From contig NMRA01000257.1 of NCBI GenBank assembly GCA_002633005.1, positions 385,737-449,736 of the forward strand: a stretch of 64,000 nucleotides of DNA, written 5' to 3'. Position 1 is the first letter of the stretch; each line of letters opens with the position of its first letter. A program made the translations under genes and the position numbers. The stretch comes from Phoronis australis (taxonomy: Eukaryota; Animalia; Phoronida). The notes beneath the pieces are model-generated. The model had not been told where the DNA came from and ran no database searches. It saw only the letters and a program-made list of their open reading frames with translations. Positions 53,897-64,000 of this stretch are shown here, one piece after another.

Positions 53897-54985
53897 TAAA
53901 TGTCAATTGTCATATAGTGTTCGATTTTACTTTATTTCTGTTTCTGTTGACGAAGGACGTTATTATATCCGAAAATTTCAGTTGATCCATTCTTGTTGTT
54001 TTATTTACCTATATATATTCTACGTTTCGTGAAACAATAGTATCTTATTCAGTTTCAGATTTATATTCTACGTAAAATCATAGACTATGGTACAACTGTT
54101 ACATATACATCATTGTTACATTTTACGTTGCTAAGCCTCTCCTACTTGTTGAAAACATTCCTTGTCAAAGAACTGGGGATCGTTCTACGATGATATGTAA
54201 GTTCAAAAATTGCGTTAAGTTGAACCCTAAGGCAGACATTCAAGTTTTTCGAGAAGTAACGACTTGACGACTGGTCGGCTGCGGTCACCGGGTCATCAAA
54301 GAATATCTGGTAACGGACATACAAAACACGCAATTATTTTATGTGGAATGGGCCCCAATATTCTTAGAAAAACACAGTGGAGGTTTAACAGAGTGATTTG
54401 AACAAAGTTTCATTGAAAGTGGATTGTATGGAACAAAAACGGCCAACGTCGCAGTCAGCAATGTTTAATAAGCTTTTTATGCAATGCATCAAAAGGATAA
54501 ACATACCAAACTCCCTTATCTGCGACCTGTAACCTGACAAAAAGTGGCGCCTCATAAGACACGTGGCTTCACGTCCATTAATAATAGAATGTTCAATCTT
54601 TGTCCTCATTTATAGGCTATGTATTTCGAACTAACGACCATACTGATCAAATAGCAATTTTAATTATCTTAACGTAGAAAATATCTGAAACTAAATAAGG
54701 CGATCCAGATCCTCCCAAGGATACTATTGTTTCATGAAATGAAGAATATAAATCGGTAAATAAAACAACAAGAATGGATCAACTGAAATTTGAAATTTTC
54801 GGATGTAATAAATTCCTTTGTCAACAAAAACAAAAATAAAGAAAAATCAAACACAAAATGACAATTGACATATAAGATATGATTTTACTTTATTTCTGTT
54901 TTTGTTGACAAAGGAAGTTATTACATCCGAAAATTTCAAATTTCAGTTGATCCATTCTTGTTGTTTTATTTACCGATTTATATTA
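53897..54985. mobile_element. Penelope-like terminal repeats in direct and inverted orientation with hammerhead-like motifs
   Basis: 53897-54075 is inverted at about 54670-54880. 54746-54985 is a fold-back with ~105-bp arms. Each copy carries TTGAC[G/A]A-a-GGA...TCC-GAAA. Confidence 0.65.
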
Positions 54986-55160
54986 ATTATCTTAAAAGAC
55001 GGGAAAGAGAAAATGCATGTTTCTATAGTCCGAAAGGCCGACAGTCAGCTTTTTGGACTATTGCCCCTTTAAATTGAAACTATCGACCTAGACCAGGTTT
55101 GAGCAAAACGATCATGTCCCTTGAAGGGGCGAATCCAGGATTTTGAGTTGGGGGGGGGGC

Positions 55161-55957
55161 TGTGATATAATAAGGCACTGCTCTCCACGTGCATGCAAAC
55201 ATGTCTTAAAATGTTCCCAGGGGATATGCATACTTCTGCGGTAGTTGAGATTCCTCAGAGGATGGGCACACCCCTGGTGTAGCAAATCTGAGAAGGGTGG
55301 CAGTTATGCAAGAATTTTCTATAGGATAGTTAATCACCAACTGAGATTCCACATCTCTAGAGTGGCCATAAATAGAGAATCCTCATAGGATAGGCACACC
55401 CTTGGCCGGGGTAGCAAATCGATCTGAGAGGGGTGGCACTTATGCAAGAATTTTCTATAGGATAGTTAATCGCCAACTGAGATTCCACATCTCTAGAGTG
55501 GCAATTAAATAGAGATTCCTCAGAGGATAGGCACACCCCTGGTGTAGCAAATCTGAGAGGGGTGGCAGTAATGCAAGAATTTTCTATAAGATAGTTAATT
55601 AGCTGGTCATAAGAGAGATCTACTAAAAGAGGTGGGACCATCACGTGATTGCTCCAAGGGTATTATTTAAGGCACTAACAGAAGCAGACCGATCAGATCG
55701 CACCGAACAGGCCAACTCGAATCTTCAAAAACTGCGAAGTCACGATCTCCAGACAGTGAACGGCAGAGACGAGAACCAGGACCGGGACGGAAAACCCACG
55801 TATCAAGTCTAAAGTATATAACTGAGGTATAGACATTTAACACAGGTGTTGGTCTCAGCCTGTTAGTCAATTTGAACCAGTCTAGCGATTGTTCTAGAGG
55901 GTTAGTTCTGTTGCGACTAGTAATGTGTTTGCATGTGCGATTGCTATACTGGTAACT
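55161..55957 (+). mobile_element. LTR-family copy with an internal repeat expanded to about 3 x 133 bp, abutting the left half of a MITE
   Basis: Starts tgtgatataataaggc and shares the ggtctcagcc block with 42012-42809. Preceded by aggggcgaatccaggattttgagttgggggg (compare 38982). Confidence 0.8.
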
Positions 55958-57062
55958 ATGATGACCAATACGATGGTGGCGAGGATGAACAATAGAAGTA
56001 ATAACATACACATGACGAACGTAGAATTCCGAAATCAGTAAGAAATAGGGTACAGTCTTGAGCGACACTTGGCGAAATTAACAGAAAAGACATGACGACG
56101 GAGATGATGACGAAGATGATGACGAAGATGACGAATATGATGATGGTGGATGCGATAATGAACAAACATCATGACATTCATATGACGAACTTAGATGTCA
56201 TAAATCAATAAGAAATAGGCTACAGTCTTGTTCAATTGAAGCTTAACCAACATCAATGCAGTAAGAGCGCTCAATAAAGGAACAGCGCAATCAGAAAACC
56301 TCGAATAATTCGAAAAGTAGACATCGTAGCGGAAAATGGAAAATATCTTCTGAAAGCCCGTTCAAACCTCTATCTAAGTTGATAGTATCACACAGTTCCG
56401 TAAATTTTTCGAAAAAAATGAAATTTTGCGTTTTTTTAATAAATTCAAAGTCAAATAACTCGAAAACGGTAAGTCTGAGAAAAAATTGTTACAGGTCATA
56501 TGAAAAGCTATACTTAAAAAAATCCACATGTAAAAATTCACGTCATTCTCTCTTCCCGTTTAAAATGGCATTCCAGCACAACTGAAAATAGGTCAACATG
56601 GGCCAAATCCTCCATCTTGAAAGCAACTTCCTGTTTTTCAGGCCTGAATAATAGAATGTTATAAGAAACTAACACCTGCAAAAATTTGGAGTAATTGCCC
56701 CTATAATGCGCCCTCTACAGGAGAAAACGTTTTTTTCCAAAATAGAGGTGCGTATGCGCGATTGCCGATATTTCCACCATCTTCAACCGAAGTTAACAAT
56801 TTCCGGTATAGATGTAACACGCGCCTATTTCAATAATTGTACCGATTCTCAGCCCCGTACGTACAAAAGTATAGCCTCCAGAAGCATTTGAATCTTAAAA
56901 TGTAAACAAAATGGCCGCCATGTCCGCCATTTTGGATCCGATTATGACGAAAAACAATAGGCTTCCAGGACTTCCGAAACTACGTGTTATGTGTAAATTT
57001 CGTGATGATCGGATGAAAATTGCAAACTTAGTGACAGAGCAACATACTTGGCGAAATTTATA

Positions 57063-57736
57063 ACAATAACTTGTGCGTGACTGACGACTCGCTGACTGAG
57101 ACAAGATATCCCTTCTGGGAAACTGCTAATCAACAGTGCCACTAGTCACCCGTATGCATACGCGTTCACACTTCAAGAATCACAACAGAATTAGCCCTCT
57201 AGATCCTGAATCACCGGGTTCGGATTCTAGTGACAAACAGGCTGAGACCAACGCCCGTGTTAAAGTGTATATACCTCAAGCTATATGAAATTTCTTCTGT
57301 TCGAGGTCTGGTACCGTCTTCTGATGGTCTGGTTGTCTTTGAGGTCTGTAGTCGCAGTTTCAACCGTAGTCTGATATATTGTAGATCTGGTCTGCCGTGA
57401 TCTCAAGAGCCATGAGTGCCTTAAATACTCTTGGTGGCGTCACGCGATGGACCCACCTCTATACGTGCTTCTGCCTATAATGTTGACTATCCCTCACGGA
57501 GAATTCTAGCACAACTGCCACTCTTCCCGGATTAACTACTACAGAGGTATGCTTATCCTCTGGGAAATGCTTGCATAACTGCCACTCTTCCTCGGCCCCC
57601 TGGGAATGTTACAGAACTACAACAGAGGTATACTTATCCCCTGGGAAATGCTTGCATAACACCCGTGATAAGTTCTGCTAAAGACCAAGGCATGTTTGCA
57701 TGCACGTGGAGGGCATATTAGCCTCATTATATTACA
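57063..57736 (-). mobile_element. LTR-family copy, 3'-truncated
   Basis: Ends gcctcattatattaca at 57736; colinear with 34315-35018. Confidence 0.8.
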
Positions 57737-59942
57737 GTCTTTAAGAAATTGTCATTCGTAACTAAGGTGGTAGACAGCACCCACCGGCCGGCATTAGAAA
57801 CTTTGGTTTTGCTCCTGTTGTGTGAAGCAGGGAAATTACTGCATTAGCGATGACTCCAAGGCCGAAATAAACCAAACTATCGTGGACTAAAACTGATGTT
57901 TTTCTATAACATTGGCTTCCGGAAATTGAATTCTCCATGCCAGAAATTTGTTAATGTCGTTCGTTCCAGAAGAATAAGTATTAGCCAAATACGATGTCAC
58001 TGTTGTTCTTACCAAGGGAAGTGTGTTTACTGTAATGTCGGATACACAATTGGTTGATGAGCTCCAACAAAAATTTGCAACTTAGAACGCTTTAACGATA
58101 AAAAAACTTGTTACCTGATCCTGGAATCTCCATTCGTGTGGAGTTGAAAATGTGCACTGTACATTTTTGACTCACCGTAAAACTACTCATGTTAAAAAAA
58201 CATTCAGTGTACATAGGGACACATCTATAAAGTCGACCTGGCACATTTGATAGAATTTCATTCACACAATCCGAGAAAGAAGGCGTTAAGTGTGTCAACG
58301 GGTTCCTTCGTTTGACAAATACCATGCACTCATGAAATATCACGTCGCTTTCGTAAAATGTAACAATATATATAAGGTACATTTCGCGCAGGTCAGGCAT
58401 TCGACCAGGAAGAGATCTCTTCCTGATTCGACGTAAATTGTAACCAATTTCATAAAATGTAACAACTTGTTACGTTTAAGAGAGGCCTACCAACGCAAAA
58501 TCTAACAATGACATGAAATGTAACAATTGTTACGTTTTACGGCGTATCAGAGCGCTGCGAGACCGGTACACGAGAAATGTGCCAACTCGTCGTCCTTTAT
58601 ACATATCTTTGATGTCTTGGTCCACTTTTTGGTCGCACAACTTTTTCGCCCAGCGCCGGCCATAACCGACGTCACGCGAGTGAGGCCACAATATCTTTGC
58701 CACAACTGCCAAGGTGAGAGCTGAGCGGAACGCGCGACCTTACGAGACCTACATTTGCAAAATATGTTGCTCGTTAACTGACGTGATTTCGCGTACTTTT
58801 GGCCTTAAAATAAAGTTTCAAACGTAACGAAGTAGCATGGGCGGCGCACCATAGGGGGCTCATACCGTGAATAATGCGCTTACAAGGAAGTCACGCACTT
58901 CTAAAGATATGCACGAATTTACACAGCTCGTCCTTCTGAGCAGATTTTACCCACAGGCTCTTGAGTTTATCTGTTCCTCGATCACTACTGACGTCACTCA
59001 CTACTAAAAAAATAACCATGTACGCTTTTCGATTTTTAAAAATCGATGAATTATTAATCTAAAAACTACTACCAATGGGTACAATTGAAGACAAACTACC
59101 GCGCATATTGATATACTCGGTAGATATACAAACGCTGATCAGATTTAACAATATCAAATGGATTCATTTTTTAATATTCTTTCAATCTCGTTTAACCAGA
59201 TTTTTGACCAGGAAACAGTTGTACTTAACTTGAGCCCACTTTTCATTTTTTATTTCTGACAAAGAGCTGGAATAGTTATATAGTCAGTGCCACCGAAATT
59301 GTCCAGATTCCAAATCTTCAGTTCTTGTTATCACCATATTTGCACTTTTGTTTATATTTTATGATTTGAGTTCTAATAAAGATTAAACTTTAATGACACA
59401 TGAAATGTTTAGTATACCTGTAATGTGGAAGGTTCAGGGATGGACTCACAATGAACTTAACTAATTAAGTTTAGCTGGCGATCAAAATCTACCGTTTTGG
59501 TACTTCAAGTTTAGAACTTCGATAACGTTATCAACCCGTTCCTGGTAAGAAAAAAACAAGTGGGCAGAAGCATTAAAAATTAAATAACGAAAACCAATAT
59601 GAAACATGTCGTTCCTTTGGGAAGTGTCCCTTTGTGAAGATAAACACAAGTTAACCTTTTTAGTCATTTTGTAATATTTATAATGTACCAAGTTAAAACT
59701 ACTCTCCAGAGTTGCAGGCTGTAACTCTGCAAATGTCAGAGAAAACCAAACTGGGGGTACTAACAACAACCATTGTTGAGAGAGTAATGCTAGCTATTAC
59801 CTTTCCACTTCATTAACTCAGATCTACATCAATACAACGGGCGTGCTGAATAGGCATCGTAAAAGTTGTCTAGGGCTAAGAGAATCTGAGCGGTGACCAG
59901 TGTACTCGAGAAATTCTCCACATGTATAGACCCTCACTTATT

Positions 59943-60037
59943 AATGGGCGGCGTACCATAGGGGGCTGGGGAGCTATAGCCCCCCACTTTTTTCAGTGCT
60001 GCGTCGCCCATGTTATTTCAGTGCTGCACCGCCCATG
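59943..60037. mobile_element. 70-bp MITE with a 5-bp TSD and a duplicated right end
   Basis: ttatt|aatgggcggcg ... cgtcgcccatg|ttatt (59943-60012), then a second cagtgctgcaccgcccatg. A lone left end of the same family sits at 58837. Confidence 0.7.
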
Positions 60038-60979
60038 AGTAGGCCCGTAGGAAGGTATATGTGGGCGCAAACTAATCTGACTTCAGTTCGCCTATGTGGG
60101 TGGTCCTCAAATTTGGCAAGCACGTACCCGCCCATTGACATCACGCGGCAAATCTCAGGGAGGCAACCTCAAGCCTTGGGTTCTAGTGTCAACATCCTTA
60201 AGTAATTATTTACAGCGTAAAATAATTATTTGAGAAAAGCTTTTATTTGCGGCGTGAATTAAAGTTAATTTACACCACAAATTAATAGAACGTACCATTC
60301 CCCTGGAGTCAGTTAAAACCAAGAAATTTCCAATATCACCATCTGATCTAGAATCACGTTCGACTAAACTCGACAAACAAGCCTATACGTTGTATAGGTA
60401 CACAATGCTGTCGCAGTCAGCGGGTCAGAGCCGTTATCAAGTCTGCAAGTAGTCAGCAGTTGAAAGTTAAATCTAATTTCTCTGAAAGTCGATCGTCTTT
60501 CTCCGTTCAAAGTTTTTCGAAGATAGTATATCATAAAACACAGTTCGCGACAATACGTCGTTAGGAAATAGTATTTTTAAGAATCGGCTGGCGTTAGGCG
60601 TGCTGTTTACAACACACTTGCTGGATTACGTGAGCTTTATCGGACGAACGTGGACAATGAGAGAGCTGGACTATGTAAACAATGGTTTATCAACTTTCTC
60701 CCCTTGCTATCTCTGTCAAACTGATAACAATATGGCTATGACAAAGAAGAGGGAAATTTTCCAGGTGATATATCATTCCACAAATAAATAGGCTTGCTTG
60801 ACAGAAATATTTCTTTCCTTCGTAAAATTTGACTGAAATTTAATGTATTTGCATGAATGAAGTCAAAATAATGATAAAAAGAGACAAGGGGAAACTGGAA
60901 ATCAAATAAGAGGGAATTAAACCAAAAAATAAGGAAACCCTCATAAAAGAGGAAAATTCAAAGCCCTGCCTTACACACC

Positions 60980-61020
60980 ACTCGCAACAACAGAATACAA
61001 TAAATGTGTTTATTAACCAA
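60980..61020 (-). other. Possible polyadenylation site of a neighbouring minus-strand gene lying beyond the window
   Basis: AATAAA on the minus strand near 61009-61014 followed by GT/T-rich sequence. No coding exon found to support it. Confidence 0.25.
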
Positions 61021-61685
61021 TACATCTTAATTCATACAATAAGATCCTGGGTATTGTAACTATTATAATAGTTATATAGCAAAAACACTTTTATACAAGG
61101 ACATTGTAAGACTATCTATACCACAAAAGTTCCAATCAACAAAGACATAACATGGCAGCAACAGTACGCAAAGCTTAGGGCAACTGAATCAAACATCAAA
61201 CTAATTTGAAACTCATCAACATCAACTGCAGCAGAATGCATTCAAATATTTGTTTATAAATATACAGGCATATCAGGAAACCAGTTGCATGTCATTCACT
61301 GTACTTATTAAAAAGATCTAACACTATAAGGAGAATAAATTACAAGGTGAGGTGACAACTCCCACGGGAACTATTGGCAAAATGCAACGATCACTTAATT
61401 AAGGATAACAAAATTTTGGCAAAATGCCAATCTACCTGAATCAGCACAACATAAGTGCCATCCTAACATAACCTTGCATCAAAAGTAAGACACATTTACA
61501 ATATTACAACAACCGAAACTTCATTTGACCGAAATGCACAAATTGTGGATAATGTGATAATAAACCTAACTATGAGGCTCTCATTTACCTATAGTGTATT
61601 GTGAAACTCTTGTCCAACACCTAAAACAAAGCATAAAGTAGTTCCGTAACTTCCCTTCCCTCAGTTTGGTTGCTAGAATGGGCAG

Positions 61686-61857
61686 TCATTGACCTGCATC
61701 AGATCCAGACATGTCCTGTTTGAATGAATCATTGACCTGCATCAGATCCAGACATGTCCTGTTTGAATGAATCACTGACCTGCATCAGATCCAGACATGT
61801 CCTGTTTGAATGAATCATTGACCTGCATCAGATCCAGACATGTCCTGTTTGAATGAG
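61686..61857. repeat. 43-bp minisatellite x4
   Basis: tcattgacctgcatcagatccagacatgtcctgtttgaatgaa at 61686, 61729, 61772 and 61815. Confidence 0.93.
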
Positions 61858-62219
61858 ATAAACATCTCTTGCTAAAACAGTTCCTGGCAGAGACAAAACA
61901 CAAGCTGGACCAAGTAATAGCCTACTTTTCTATCCTATAATAGTACAGTAACAAAGTGAGCTCTTCTGATAAATAGTCGTTTATTCACATCACCTCTACT
62001 AACAATATCAGATACTAGGAATTTTTTGTTACAAAGTCGAGCATCCTGTACGAACTGCACTGTGTCTCAGACATGACAACAGGTCACACTAGATTGGGTC
62101 TAATCATCTGTTTTTTAGTCATGTGCAACTGAGGGAGCACAGCAAATAGATGCGAATGAAAGATGCACAACAGTAGTTAGATCCGTCTGCAAGAAGTAAT
62201 CACATGCAGTCGCATTCAC

Positions 62220-62590
62220 AATAATACACAAGCCAAATTTCACAAAGATCTTTCAAGGGCTTAAGGAGGTACAGCCGTGAATGCAAAAGGGACTTCATGT
62301 ATTCGAACTCGTACAAAAAATCAACATCAGGCACGCTCTTGTCAGTCGGAAAACATCTGCCAACTTTCATAACGGTCATTTCTGATTTGGCGGACTAGAA
62401 AATAATAAAAATGGCACCAGCTGGTGCAGAATACGTTGAATCCATCCGAAGATTGAAAGACTTCGTCATCTCCTTCAAAGAAACCTATTCGCCAAATTTC
62501 ATTAAAATCAATACAAAGGCAAGCTTAAAAGCTAATTTCTCCTAGGAGGTACAGAAGTACTCAGGTCCGTCCAAATGTTGTTATCACCTG
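62220..62590 (-). mobile_element. Highly degenerate HINE-family fragment
   Basis: aaaatggcaccagctggtgcagaatacgttgaatccatccgaa and gccaaatttcattaaaatc resemble HINE subunit A. Confidence 0.5.
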
Positions 62591-64000
62591 TGACATGAAA
62601 CGGGATTCATAGAATTCAGAAACGAACGCTCTGAACAACACCACCGCTACTATAGAATAAACATTTTGACACTCTTTTGAGCGCCGAGTACAATTATCTA
62701 ACAGTTGTGACAGGTTAGCCGGCAATTTATCACAAATCATTTGCTAATAGCAGCGTATATCACCTACATCTACTGCTACAACAATGGAGAAACAATAAAC
62801 ATCATGAATATAGTCCAGGCATTACCTCTGCGAGATACACATAACAAAGACGGCACACAGCTGTTCAAATTCTAGCACTGCACAACTTCATATTGCGAAG
62901 CTGGTCCTACTCACTGTTCAAAATCTAGCATTCCACAGCTTAAAATTGCAAAGATCAGGTCTCTAACCATTCCGCAGTGACCTTTTACTGTTTTCTATTA
63001 CCTACCTGCCATGTTTAGAATTTCCCTTTTTACTATGGCGAGGAAGCTATTTATGTCTCACATAAGGAAGCCAATAATTTACATACGTCCACAAATGAGT
63101 CAAAATCCAGCAATGTCACACAATGAGTCTTTGTACAAACAGTTGGCAGTTGCCCACACAAGATGTCATACAGTGTATCTGTTCTTTGTAGTGGAGCCAG
63201 ACTTGGACATGCTGTCTTTGTGTGACTGAAACAAAGAATATACAAACATGTCTTGTAACATAAAAACACTCATCAGATAAGACACTAAACTCATGGCACA
63301 AACCCACAACTGAAAACATCCAGCACAATACCAACAAAGCAGGCACCCGCATTTAAATACATAATAAACATCACCAACAAGTATTTGAATCTGACGCATT
63401 GCAGATGCAATTACACACAAAAAGCCAATATGCAGAAGGTAATCTGAAATTTTCACTTCCACACCACAGAAATGTAGGAAGTGGTAGAGATTTATTCATT
63501 AGGACCCATTTCCCTCATGCTTTCGTTCATACTACTGTAACCAGCACTCACACCTTACTTCTTGATCATAGTATGACACTTGGTCCCCTAGACAAGATCT
63601 AGTATATAGTATACAGAATATGTCTACATACCAAATTTCAGAAAAATCCATCAAAAAACAGCAGAGCCAGAGCTCCACGAAAAATGTAGCTTACACTGCC
63701 ATTATTGGACAGATTTTGGCTCGAAATAATCATGGGAGCTTATTTTGACCCATTACAACATAACTCTAGAATACACTAGTAAGTACAGAAGGGAGTACCA
63801 TAAACACCATTACACAGGAATGAATGCACCGGAAGTATGACGAGGTTTGCAATCTCGCCATTATGTGACGCACATGGTTACCTGCTGCTTGACCTATGAT
63901 CTAGGTTAGACAATGAGTGACCCTGATCGAAGGTCAAACAACAACCAATCAATGCAATTAAGATGTACATCACATTGTGGCAAGACTGCAAATCTCGCTA

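Noticed and set aside
28293-61857. CRISPR-like reading of the short tandem arrays (20, 43, 83 bp)
   Set aside because: No unique spacers, no cas genes, and a spliceosomal eukaryotic context.

Overview
AT-rich, repeat-dense animal genomic DNA from a draft assembly (one 876-N gap, four single-N joins). The organism is probably an invertebrate bilaterian; this is inference. The main gene is on the minus strand, and the ORF track shows it only in pieces. Six exons (21431-21281, 17753-17599, 14740-14640, 10274-10134, 6801-4948, 2407-<1) splice with canonical GT/AG sites and compatible phases into about 1600 uninterrupted codons, open at both ends. They encode an N-terminal DUF3715 pseudo-PARP domain of the TEX15/TASOR family and a >1400-aa low-complexity tail with a PxVxL motif, SUMO consensus sites and basic NLS-like patches. 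The rest is intron/intergenic DNA full of nested mobile elements. These include DINE-1/HINE-type non-autonomous Helentron elements whose ~146-bp subunits each carry a CTCF-consensus-like motif, five copies of one LTR family, four DNA elements with 5-bp TSDs, a Penelope-like GIY-YIG remnant with hammerhead-like inverted ends interrupted by an odd Gypsy-like insert, LINE RT relics and minisatellites. All family calls are from motif recognition by eye; no searches were run.
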